A stretch of 64,000 nucleotides of DNA, taken from NCBI GenBank assembly GCA_038206875.1, contig JBBRAK010000004.1, positions 3,174 through 67,173 of the forward strand, written 5' to 3'. Positions 45,861-53,884 of the stretch are shown one piece after another (position 1 is the first letter of the stretch; the number at the start of each line of letters is the position of its first letter). The notes under the pieces are model-generated. The model was not told the origin of the DNA and ran no database searches. It saw only the letters and a list, made by a program, of their open reading frames with translations. The position numbers were made by a program, and so were the translations under genes. This DNA comes from Candidatus Saccharimonadales bacterium (GTDB taxonomy: Bacteria; Patescibacteriota; Saccharimonadia; Saccharimonadales; JBBQAJ01).

Positions 45861-46352
45861 ATGCCACACGTTCATGAACTATACGATTTCACCTCAAGTG
45901 GCTATATTGTATTTAAAAATAAAGTATTGCTTGTCCACCACAAGAAACTAAAGGTATGGATAGCGCCAGGTGGACACATAGAGTTAGATGAAGACCCTCT
46001 GCAGACACTTTGGCGAGAAATATTTGAAGAAACAGGCCTAAAAAAGCAAACTCTGAAGCTTGTTAATACTGGCCAGAAAGTACAGGGACTTGAAAATACT
46101 AAATCTTTCCAGTCACTCCCATCGCCGTTTGCTATGTTTGTTGTTGATTATGATGAAAGTTCTGCTCATAAACACATTGATCTTTGCTATTTGATGTCGT
46201 CAAACACTTCAGTGGTGACTCTCGAAGAGCGATCCTCGCATGACATAGATTGGTTTAGTGAAAAGCAACTTGCTCAGTTGCATAATAAAGGACTGCTGTT
46301 TCGAAATTCGTTAACATATTGTAGGTTCGCACTAAATTTTGTCAAAAAATAA
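45861..46352 (+). CDS. NUDIX hydrolase
   Basis: Nudix box GGHIELDEDPLQTLWREIFEETGL. Confidence 0.88.
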   Translation: MPHVHELYDFTSSGYIVFKNKVLLVHHKKLKVWIAPGGHIELDEDPLQTLWREIFEETGLKKQTLKLVNTGQKVQGLENTKSFQSLPSPFAMFVVDYDESSAHKHIDLCYLMSSNTSVVTLEERSSHDIDWFSEKQLAQLHNKGLLFRNSLTYCRFALNFVKK

Positions 46353-46375
46353 AGTTTTAGCTATGGCTTAACTCT

Positions 46376-46383
46376 TGTACAAT
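46376..46383 (+). promoter_or_regulatory. candidate -10 (TGTACAAT) for the kinase gene
   Basis: TG + TACAAT, 6 nt, ATG 46390. Confidence 0.4.
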
Positions 46384-46389
46384 ATGCTC

Positions 46390-47145
46390 ATGATTATTTT
46401 GGGCATGACAGGTCCTATTGGACATGGTAAAACCACTTTTGCGGACGCATTATCGACACTGGAACCTAACACAGTGCATTTTGAATCTTCGTTGGTTATT
46501 GCCGAAGTCGCCAATTCCTTGCAAGCAGCTTTGACAGACATTCCAGACCCATACAATGTGGAGAGACTAAACAATTGGTTGCGTGCCTTACCAGCAATAT
46601 TACTTGAAAGTGCACATGTCCATTGTACGTTTGAACAAATCAAATTACACCAATACTCCATGGAAGAACACCCAATTGAGTATCAAAAATTGATTTTACA
46701 CGTAGAAAACCTGCAACGTAAACCAGAACTTATGAATCAACAAATCACTAAAGAAAACAAAGAAAGTTTTAGACCATTTCTGCAATGGCTAGGAGGTTAT
46801 CTAGTTCAGCGCATAGATAGTGGGATTTGGTACAACGAAATCGTCAGACGTATTCGACAAGCGGCGGGTGCAGGTGCAAATCTTTGTATAGTCGGAGGCT
46901 TGAGATACCCAACCGACGCTGCAGTTTTACGGGGAGCTGGTGCAATAGTTATAAAAGTGTACCGCCCCGGCCATCTTCAGAGTGATTTGTTGGACCCGAC
47001 TGAACGTGAACGACAAAATATCCAGGTAGATTGCACAATAAAATCAAATGGAACAGTAGCAGACGTAAAAGTTTTTGCTAAGCAATTTTACGAAGATTTG
47101 AATAATAACAAGCTTCAGACAACATATAATACTGTTGTAGTTTAG
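46390..47145 (+). CDS. P-loop nucleotide kinase, dNMP-kinase-like
   Basis: ILGMTGPIGHGKTTFA. Later LQWLGGYLVQRIDSGIWYNE and IVGGLRYPTDAAVLR resemble deoxynucleotide monophosphate kinases. The ORF track starts at TTG 46375. Confidence 0.6.
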   Translation: MIILGMTGPIGHGKTTFADALSTLEPNTVHFESSLVIAEVANSLQAALTDIPDPYNVERLNNWLRALPAILLESAHVHCTFEQIKLHQYSMEEHPIEYQKLILHVENLQRKPELMNQQITKENKESFRPFLQWLGGYLVQRIDSGIWYNEIVRRIRQAAGAGANLCIVGGLRYPTDAAVLRGAGAIVIKVYRPGHLQSDLLDPTERERQNIQVDCTIKSNGTVADVKVFAKQFYEDLNNNKLQTTYNTVVV

Positions 47146-47215
47146 TGACGTTCTAAAATACGGGACTAACTGTAGTAATATTTCCACATAACCTTGTGTT
47201 GCCACCAAAATATTT

Positions 47216-47223
47216 TGTACAAT
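47216..47223 (+). promoter_or_regulatory. candidate -10 (TGTACAAT) for dcd
   Basis: TG + TACAAT. GGGAG RBS at 47234-47238 before ATG 47246. Confidence 0.4.
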
Positions 47224-47245
47224 ATATGTAGATTGGGAGTCAAAT

Positions 47246-47947
47246 ATGGCAGTTTACAGCAATATACAGATTAAAAGAGCAATCAAAGACGGTCACATTG
47301 TGTTTCACCCGTACAATGAGTCTCACATTGCCGGAAGTAGCGTAGATGTAACTTTAGGGGAGTGGTTTTTCCGCACGGAAAGGCCCAGCGAAGGTGGATT
47401 CTATAACCCTTTTTCCAAACAAGCTGTCAAGCAATATTTTGGGGAAGTATTACATGCCGAGATTCACAAAGATTGGGCAGAAAAAAACGGTCGTAGAATG
47501 TTTGATAACATCCCACCAGAACAACCAATAATTGTCCTGAGACCAAAAGAACGAATCTTGGGCCATACCAATGAATTCATAGGTATAAAAGCCCCTGGCA
47601 CAAGTACCATGCAAGCACGTAGCACATGGGGCAGAAACGGTGTTGCGGTTTGTTTAGACGCCGGGTGGGGTGACCCAGGGTACATTAACCGCTGGACAAT
47701 GGAAATATACAATATGAACGAGCACGAAAGTGTTGTACTTCCGGTAGGTGAACGGATAGCACAAATGGTGTTTTATGAAACTGGCCCTGTTGACAGCGAA
47801 TACAAGAAGCTCAGTGGAAAGTACCAGTCAGATAAAAGTGAAAATTTAGAATCAATAATTGCCGACTGGACTCCCGAACAGATGCTTCCAAGAGCATATA
47901 ACGACGAAAGAAAACTTCCGGAGCCAATTAAAGGTTTAAAAGTATGA
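47246..47947 (+). CDS. dcd: dCTP deaminase / dUTPase-superfamily protein
   Basis: MAVYSNIQIKRAIKDGHIV, SSVDVTLG, LDAGWGDPGYINRWTMEIYN, GERIAQMVF. Confidence 0.8.
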   Translation: MAVYSNIQIKRAIKDGHIVFHPYNESHIAGSSVDVTLGEWFFRTERPSEGGFYNPFSKQAVKQYFGEVLHAEIHKDWAEKNGRRMFDNIPPEQPIIVLRPKERILGHTNEFIGIKAPGTSTMQARSTWGRNGVAVCLDAGWGDPGYINRWTMEIYNMNEHESVVLPVGERIAQMVFYETGPVDSEYKKLSGKYQSDKSENLESIIADWTPEQMLPRAYNDERKLPEPIKGLKV

Positions 47948-50295
47948 TGTCCAGCAACGGCGAAATTAGCCGTGGAACATTTGTCGTACTTGAAGGGACT
48001 GACGGAACCGGCAAATCCACCCAGTACGAAATCTTAAAAAATAAACTACGGACAGAGGGACACGATGTTGTCGAAATGCAGTTTCCTCGATACGACGACC
48101 CATCCTCTTTTTTTGTCAGAGAATATCTGCGAGGCAAATATGGTTCCGCCGATGAAGTCGGTCCTTATACAGCCTCGCTATTTTATGCCCTGGACAGATA
48201 TCAGGCGTCGGTTGACATTGAACAAGCTTTATCTGCCGGCAAAATAGTTCTTTGTGATCGTTTTACTGGAAGCAACATGGCTCATCAAGGAACTAAGTTT
48301 ATACACGCCGAAGAACGACGTGGGTTTTTTATATGGTTGGACAATTTAGAATTTGAAATGCTGAAAATACCCAGACCAGACATAAGTCTAGTTTTGACAG
48401 CCCCGTACGAAGTAATCGCTCAGAGACTGAATTCTAGAGTTAACTCGAGTAGTCACGCAAACGGCAAAGACATTCATGAGACCAACCCAGAACACATTAA
48501 GAAATCGTTGGAAATATACAAAGACCTATGCAATCTGTTTCCCAAAGATTTTAAAGAAGTAACCGGTGTCCGTGGAGACGAAGTTCAAACAGTAGAAATA
48601 ATCAGCAAATACATATATGAGACTCTACAGCCCCTACTACCTATTAGAAGCATAAAACCACCCGCCAAAACCAGCGAAGCGAAGGTTGAAAAACAACCTT
48701 CAACAGTTACAAAAAACCCATATATTGAGAAAACTTCTGATGGATTTGAAATTTCACCGGCTGGTCAAACGTTTTTAGATTTGAGTGTTACCAACTCACA
48801 CGACAACGTCTACGCTTTTACAGATAAACTCAGTCCAACTACCATTGCGGCCGCCATGGCGAGATTGTCTAGACGAGCAGACGATATGCGAATAACGATT
48901 TTGGATGAATTCGCAGCTGCAATGGGAAAGGATGCCAAGCTTTTACAAAGAGTTATTTCCGCCTACGGTGATGATTCCGTACAACAACTCATCGGCCAAC
49001 ACGTTGTCGTTGAAAACGCCAGCAACTTACTAACAAAAAAACTAGAATGGGGTCGTTTGGCATCATATCTGGAACAGTCTACCCGATATATATATTTTGA
49101 TAAGAAAGATACTGCTGGCAAATACCGCTATTTCACACCGGAACATTTCGACGCTAAAACCAAAAAACTCTATAACGCAAGTTTAGACGAAATTTTCGAT
49201 TTATACTCAGAAATGGTCCATAAGCTCACCACTCATGTCAGGGAGAAGTCCGATGTACCCAAAGACCAACAAGATATTGCTTGGCAAGGTGCTACTAGGG
49301 CACAAGCATGTGATGCTATTAGAGCCGTTTTACCAGTTGCTACTAAATCTACCGTCGGAATTTATGCTTCGGGTCAGGCACTCGAAAGTCTTATCATGCA
49401 CCTTATGTCAGACGATTTACCAGAAGCAGTTACAGTTGGTAAACAACTTCTCGTCGAGAGTCGGAAAGTAATACCAACTTTTCTAGAGAGAGCCGACAAA
49501 CCAGACAGAGGTGGTGCAACAATTGCCTACAATGCAAATACGCGTAAAGATGTAAGAGAATTGACCAGCAAGTACCTACCAGACAGTCACTCTTCGCAAA
49601 CTGAGTCGGTTCAACTAGTTTCTTCGTGGCCAAAAAATGAACTTGATCTTGTACCAGATATGCTTTACGAACACAGTAGTCTTTCTGTTAAGGAATTGCG
49701 TTCGCAAGTAAACAAATGGTCAATAGCCAAAAAAGAGAAAGTGTTTAATGCGTATATGGGTGAGCGACTAAACAGACGACACAGACCGGGAAGAGCTATC
49801 GAGAAGGCACATTATAGCTGGGATATAGTTTGTGATTATGGCATATTCAGAGATTTGCAACGCCATCGTATGGTAGACGATATGAACTGGCAGGTTTTGA
49901 CGCCAAGATACGGCTACGAGATTCCCGAGCTTGTAGAAGAGTCCCTGCTAACCGACACATTTGAGAAGTGTTTTGACCTCAGCCTAGAGCTATACAGTAA
50001 GTTACAAGAGGCCGGATATGAGCTGGAAGCCCAATATGCTACTCTCCTAGGTCATAAAATGCGCTGGAAGGTGACATACAATGCTCGTGAGGCATTTCAC
50101 TTCCATGAGCTTCGTACAAGCCCACAAGGTCACCCAGGCTACCGCAAGCTAGTACTAAAGATGCACGAAAAGCTCGCAGAGGTACACCCCATGATGGCTG
50201 AAGCTATGAAATTTGTTAATCAAGATGAAGATCCAGCACTTACCCGACTTGCAGCAGAGCGTGCCACTCAGTTTAAGCTCGCAAACCTCAGCTAG
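47944..50295 (+). CDS. tmk-thyX: fusion of thymidylate kinase (N-terminal) with a tandem ThyX-like domain protein (C-terminal)
   Basis: N-terminal FVVLEGTDGTGKSTQ...LCDRFTGSNMAHQG. C-terminal two Thy1-like halves: degenerate (YGDDSVQQL...LEQSTRYIYF) and canonical-like (FRDLQRHRMVDD...TPRYGY; NAREAFHFHELRTSPQGHPGYR). ATGA overlap with dcd. Confidence 0.75.
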   Translation: MMSSNGEISRGTFVVLEGTDGTGKSTQYEILKNKLRTEGHDVVEMQFPRYDDPSSFFVREYLRGKYGSADEVGPYTASLFYALDRYQASVDIEQALSAGKIVLCDRFTGSNMAHQGTKFIHAEERRGFFIWLDNLEFEMLKIPRPDISLVLTAPYEVIAQRLNSRVNSSSHANGKDIHETNPEHIKKSLEIYKDLCNLFPKDFKEVTGVRGDEVQTVEIISKYIYETLQPLLPIRSIKPPAKTSEAKVEKQPSTVTKNPYIEKTSDGFEISPAGQTFLDLSVTNSHDNVYAFTDKLSPTTIAAAMARLSRRADDMRITILDEFAAAMGKDAKLLQRVISAYGDDSVQQLIGQHVVVENASNLLTKKLEWGRLASYLEQSTRYIYFDKKDTAGKYRYFTPEHFDAKTKKLYNASLDEIFDLYSEMVHKLTTHVREKSDVPKDQQDIAWQGATRAQACDAIRAVLPVATKSTVGIYASGQALESLIMHLMSDDLPEAVTVGKQLLVESRKVIPTFLERADKPDRGGATIAYNANTRKDVRELTSKYLPDSHSSQTESVQLVSSWPKNELDLVPDMLYEHSSLSVKELRSQVNKWSIAKKEKVFNAYMGERLNRRHRPGRAIEKAHYSWDIVCDYGIFRDLQRHRMVDDMNWQVLTPRYGYEIPELVEESLLTDTFEKCFDLSLELYSKLQEAGYELEAQYATLLGHKMRWKVTYNAREAFHFHELRTSPQGHPGYRKLVLKMHEKLAEVHPMMAEAMKFVNQDEDPALTRLAAERATQFKLANLS

Positions 50296-50788
50296 GGTTT
50301 AATACTGATATAACCGAAACCAAGTCCAACATTGATAATCTAGCGGCTTCGGTAGCGGGATATTCAACTCGAGGCGTTGCTTCAGATACTGCGTTATATC
50401 TTCCTAAAACTACGTCCGGTATGCGCCCAGGGTCCGCGACCCAAATATGTTCAACATCCAGTTCGTCACGTAACAAATGGGCAATCTTTTTCATTTCATC
50501 ATAGACAGCGCCAATAATGGGGACCACAGTGCCGTTTTTTTCAGTTCCAAACTGCCTCTCTGAAAATACCGTTGCATGATTTTGCATTGCAGAGTCTAGC
50601 TCTCGCTCGTACTCATCTAACTCATGATAATAATGAGGGTCGGATAGAACCTCAGCAAGATCCAATCTAAAAGGATATACTTCATCTGGTGAATTTTCTG
50701 TAAATGTATTTTCATTAAAAATACCTACACGATATTCTACAGTTCGTATAGCTTCTAACGGCGAATGTTTCAAAAATGGTACTACCAT
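50288..50788 (-). CDS. hypothetical 166-aa acidic protein
   Basis: Clean ORF with a near-consensus leaderless promoter upstream. Converges on and overlaps tmk-thyX by 8 nt. No motif recognised. Confidence 0.7.
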   Translation of the reverse strand: MVVPFLKHSPLEAIRTVEYRVGIFNENTFTENSPDEVYPFRLDLAEVLSDPHYYHELDEYERELDSAMQNHATVFSERQFGTEKNGTVVPIIGAVYDEMKKIAHLLRDELDVEHIWVADPGRIPDVVLGRYNAVSEATPRVEYPATEAARLSMLDLVSVISVLNPS

Positions 50789-50796
50789 AGTCGTAA

Positions 50797-50825
50797 ATAT
50801 TAAACTATTATGCTAATTTTGTCAA
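50797..50825 (-). promoter_or_regulatory. near-consensus promoter of the 166-aa gene (leaderless)
   Basis: Minus strand: TTGACA (50825-50820), 17-nt spacer, TAATAT (50802-50797), 8 nt, ATG (50788). Confidence 0.65.
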
Positions 50826-50867
50826 TGCTTAGATATCAACTTATCGTTTGCGCTTGTAAGAATGCCT

Positions 50868-51000
50868 TTGATAGGATAATCTACATCTATAATGAATTTC
50901 AGTCAGAAGCAAACAGCAAACCTACCTCTCAGCCCTACAAGGCTGTGCTTCAGTATGATTGAAGCCTATCCTGCCTAAACAGGAATAGCACAGTCAAACC
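50868..51000 (+). promoter_or_regulatory. structured leader upstream of the 79-aa gene
   Basis: TATAAT (50888-50893) or GATAAT (50875-50880). Stems CAGCC/GGCTG (50930-50945) and CTATCCTG/CAGGAATAG. GAAGCCT (50961-50967) is complementary to the terminator 5' arm AGGCTTC (51005-51011). Confidence 0.45.
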
Positions 51001-51025
51001 AATCAGGCTTCACAGCCTGATTTTT
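51001..51025 (+). terminator. intrinsic terminator in the leader of the 79-aa gene
   Basis: AATCAGGCT TCAC AGCCTGATT followed by TTT. Lies 27 nt before ATG 51053. Confidence 0.75.
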
Positions 51026-51052
51026 AATTTAAGTATTTTAAAGGACAATAAG

Positions 51053-51292
51053 ATGAAAAGTATAATGTTTGGTGCGGAAAGCTTTAACTGGAATTCTGAA
51101 GGATTACCCTTCTGTACTCAAGAAGTACAAGAGGCAACACAAGCGACTAAAGAAGAAATGGATAGAAGTAAAGCAGGAGATGTTGGAGGAATGGCAATTG
51201 GCAAAGTAAATGAGTCTGGAGGCTTTGACATACCAGAAACACTAAAACCATCGGATGATTTTAGGGAGTATTGGGCAAATATGATTGCTTGA
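51053..51292 (+). CDS. hypothetical 79-aa protein
   Basis: AAAGGA RBS region. No motif recognised. Confidence 0.6.
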   Translation: MKSIMFGAESFNWNSEGLPFCTQEVQEATQATKEEMDRSKAGDVGGMAIGKVNESGGFDIPETLKPSDDFREYWANMIA

Positions 51293-51317
51293 CATATAAA
51301 CGGAAACGGGGAATAAT
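51289..51317 (+). promoter_or_regulatory. promoter of the second leader
   Basis: TTGACA (51289-51294), 17-nt spacer, AATAAT (51312-51317), 7 nt, ATG 51325. Confidence 0.55.
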
Positions 51318-51324
51318 GACAGAC

Positions 51325-51378
51325 ATGGCTAAATCAATTCGAATAAATAAGATTGTCGCACCCCGCTTACGGGACTGA
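51325..51378 (+). CDS. candidate leaderless uORF MAKSIRINKIVAPRLRD
   Basis: 17 codons. The TGA stop (51376-51378) overlaps GAAGCC (51377-51382), which is complementary to the terminator 5' arm GGCTTC (51404-51409). Confidence 0.35.
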   Translation: MAKSIRINKIVAPRLRD

Positions 51379-51400
51379 AGCCATTTACTTGAATAACACA

Positions 51401-51426
51401 ATAGGCTTCACCCGAAGCCTATTTTT
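51401..51426 (+). terminator. intrinsic terminator in the leader of the 73-aa gene
   Basis: ATAGGCTTC ACCC GAAGCCTAT followed by TTTT. Shares AGGCTTCAC...TTTTTAATT with the terminator at 51001-51025. Confidence 0.75.
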
Positions 51427-51442
51427 AATTGAAAGGAGAGAT

Positions 51443-51664
51443 ATGCCTGAACATGCAATATTTGAATCAGACAGACCACTGTCAGACGGACTGGCGATAA
51501 TTCCCCAGGCAGGCGAAGTATCAACGCTGGAGCGAGATCCCGAGACGGATAGAGCTGAGCGCTATAAACGCTTCCTTGATGCACGTCCACCAACTAGTCC
51601 AGCTACTCATAGACTTCTGGGCAGAACCACAAGCATGGTTAGTGTTGAGCCTGCGGAAAAATAA
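51443..51664 (+). CDS. hypothetical 73-aa protein
   Basis: ORF track 51353-51664 runs through the terminator. Start moved to ATG 51443 behind AAAGGAGAG. Confidence 0.6.
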   Translation: MPEHAIFESDRPLSDGLAIIPQAGEVSTLERDPETDRAERYKRFLDARPPTSPATHRLLGRTTSMVSVEPAEK

Positions 51665-51683
51665 AACGCACCAATATTAGCGG

Positions 51684-51835
51684 TTGACCACGTAGTGTTT
51701 CTCTGTTAAGCTCTACTCACGTTACCAAAGACAGCGACGACTGTAAAAGGTTTGATAATGTCGCCTAGGTGCAAGCTAACTTTTTGTTTGTAAGCATGTT
51801 TTTATGGCCCTTTGGTAACACCAAAGGGCCTTTTT
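51684..51835 (+). promoter_or_regulatory. rplJ (L10) leader with antiterminator/terminator
   Basis: TTGACC (51684-51689), 17-nt spacer, TAAGCT (51707-51712). GTTACCAAAG (51721-51730) is perfectly complementary to CTTTGGTAAC (51810-51819) in the terminator GGCCCTTTGG TAACA CCAAAGGGCC TTTTT (51806-51835). Confidence 0.65.
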
Positions 51836-51895
51836 GGTAGTTTTTGGAGTTGACAGGTCGAAAACTTCATACTAAATAATCTAAAGGAGAAGCCC

Positions 51896-52420
51896 ATGGC
51901 TTTGACCAAAGACAAGAAAAATACATTAGTTACGGACATATCCGCCCAACTAGCTAGCTCTAAACTAACCGTCGTGGCTGCCTATAAAGGTACACCTGTA
52001 AAAGCTATGCAAGAGCTGAGACGCCAAGCAAGGGACAACGGAACCAAAATACAAGTTGTCAAAAACCGTCTGGTTATCAAAGCACTTCAAAACAACGAAG
52101 CAACTAAATCTATCGACACTAGCACCCTTACGGGTATGCTTTTGTACGCGTTTAACAACGATGACGAAATTGCACCTGCTCAAGTACTGGCACAGTTTGC
52201 TAAGTCGCAACCGACTATTCAGTTTGTTGGAGCAATTAACTCTGACGGCAGTCAGATGAGCGCCGAAGAAGTAAAAGCTTACGCTTTGTTACCGAGCAAA
52301 AATCAGCTTATAGCTGGAATAATCAGTACACTCAACTCACCAGTTATGGGAGTTATGAGCGGTCTAAAGGGCAACCTGCATGGGTTGCTTGACGCAGTAG
52401 CTGCAAAATCAGTAGCATAA
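51896..52420 (+). CDS. rplJ: 50S ribosomal protein L10
   Basis: AAGGAG RBS. LTVVAAYKGTPVKAMQELRRQAR. Precedes rplL. Confidence 0.95.
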   Translation: MALTKDKKNTLVTDISAQLASSKLTVVAAYKGTPVKAMQELRRQARDNGTKIQVVKNRLVIKALQNNEATKSIDTSTLTGMLLYAFNNDDEIAPAQVLAQFAKSQPTIQFVGAINSDGSQMSAEEVKAYALLPSKNQLIAGIISTLNSPVMGVMSGLKGNLHGLLDAVAAKSVA

Positions 52421-52441
52421 TTAATTGAAAGGAAATAAGAA

Positions 52442-52825
52442 ATGGCAACAGATCTAAAGAAATTCGCAGAACAATTAGTAAATCTAAGCGTTTTAGAAGT
52501 AAATGAACTAGGAACAATCCTAAAAGAAGAATACAACATCGAACCAGCTGCCGCAGTTGCAGTAGCAGGTCCAGCTGGCGGTGGCGCAGACGCCACTCCA
52601 GCAGAAGACGAAAAGTCTGAGTACGATGTAGTGCTTAAAGACGCTGGTGCTCAAAAAGTAGCAGTTATCAAAGCCGTAAAAGACATCACAGGCCTAGGAC
52701 TTGGCGAAGCCAAAGCAATTGTTGACGGTGTGCCAAAGAATGTTTTGGACAAAGCTAAAAAAGAAGATGCAGAAGCCGCCAAGAAAACGCTTGAAGAAGC
52801 CGGCGCAACTGTAGAACTAGCATAA
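52442..52825 (+). CDS. rplL: 50S ribosomal protein L7/L12
   Basis: Ala/Pro hinge, then [25 protein letters not shown]...[10 protein letters not shown]. Confidence 0.97.
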   Translation: MATDLKKFAEQLVNLSVLEVNELGTILKEEYNIEPAAAVAVAGPAGGGADATPAEDEKSEYDVVLKDAGAQKVAVIKAVKDITGLGLGEAKAIVDGVPKNVLDKAKKEDAEAAKKTLEEAGATVELA

Positions 52826-52846
52826 TTACTCTGTAGTTTTACATAT

Positions 52847-52872
52847 AAAAACCCGTACTACTGCGGGTTTTT
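52847..52872 (+). terminator. rho-independent terminator after rplL
   Basis: AAAAACCCGTA CTAC TGCGGGTTTTT. Confidence 0.8.
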
Positions 52873-53025
52873 ATATGTCCTAAACCTAGAGCGCTGATTA
52901 TGTTTGTTCTCCATGAACTACAAAAGATTGCAACCTCTAAACATATCAAAATGTAGAATAGAACTTCGATACATACGCCAAGAAAAATAACGTCGATTCA
53001 AAATACCGCGACGAGCTTATGGTTA

Positions 53026-53054
53026 TTGTCAAAATGTTACTCCACCTGTATTCT
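53026..53054 (+). promoter_or_regulatory. promoter of the 236-aa gene (leaderless)
   Basis: TTGTCA (53026-53031), 17-nt spacer, TATTCT (53049-53054), 6 nt, ATG 53061. Confidence 0.55.
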
Positions 53055-53060
53055 GAAGTT

Positions 53061-53771
53061 ATGAAACTACACCAAAAGGGGATTGCTAATTCAGGACTTT
53101 TCCTAGCTCTGCTCGTGATTTTAGTTGCCGGATTTTCGGGATGGCGAGTATATGAAGCAAGCGTAAAACCAAAACTAGCTAAAGTAAACCAGAGCCCTGA
53201 ATCCGAAATTGAGCAAGCACACACAACCTCTGTACCTAATGGTTTTTCTGAATATCAGAACACGGAACTTAGTTTTAGATTTGTCTACCCAAAAACATGG
53301 GGTGATGTTGTTAGCCACACTCAAACTCCAGTCGCAGGCAAAGACGTGTATCTGACGTTTAGTAACAATGAAAAAGGATCAATAGAAGCAGCATCTCACG
53401 ATTATAAGGGCAATCCCGCCGGATACCCATGCTCTAGCCCTGTCAATTCGCCTTCCGCCACTAAGCCTGATATTACTAAATCTGACCAGAACGTTTCTTT
53501 CTCAAACACTGTCATTAAACCTATAGAATCCGCTACAGATTATCTGATAAACAAAAAATTTATCAATGATGGCTGCCAAGGAAGCTACAACTATCTTAGT
53601 GGCGTGCATGTCATTGACAGTAAAACATATGCTGTGTACGTAATATATAACGTGAATCTAGAACATCTTGTATCCAATTCCGAATATGCTGCCGATGAAT
53701 TTCAATTCATATCCAAACAAGAAGAAGCCGATTTCACGACATTGGTCAAATCAATTGCACCAATACAGTAA
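53061..53771 (+). CDS. hypothetical membrane-anchored/secreted protein
   Basis: ORF track 53019. ATG 53061 preferred (MKLHQKGIANSGLFLALLVILVAGFSGW signal-anchor). Confidence 0.7.
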   Translation: MKLHQKGIANSGLFLALLVILVAGFSGWRVYEASVKPKLAKVNQSPESEIEQAHTTSVPNGFSEYQNTELSFRFVYPKTWGDVVSHTQTPVAGKDVYLTFSNNEKGSIEAASHDYKGNPAGYPCSSPVNSPSATKPDITKSDQNVSFSNTVIKPIESATDYLINKKFINDGCQGSYNYLSGVHVIDSKTYAVYVIYNVNLEHLVSNSEYAADEFQFISKQEEADFTTLVKSIAPIQ

Positions 53772-53884
53772 TCATTTATCCACAGTTTATCTGCCGATTT
53801 TTGACTTGACTTGACATACGTGGTAACGTATTGCAAGGAGTGTAGTAAATAAACACTTAAAACATATGATGTGAGACGAAACAA

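Noticed and set aside
50900-51000. Resemblance of GCAAACC...GCCUAAAC...GCAC strings to the c-di-GMP-I (GEMM-I) riboswitch.
   Set aside because: Only short strings match. The ACGCAAAGC core and the GNRA-tetraloop/receptor architecture are missing.
53801-53816. Triple tandem TTGAC repeat (TTGACTTGACTTGACA) upstream of the 169-aa gene.
   Set aside because: It is probably just overlapping -35-like hexamers. One register gives TTGACT, 17 nt, (TGG)TAACGT. There is no further evidence of a special function.
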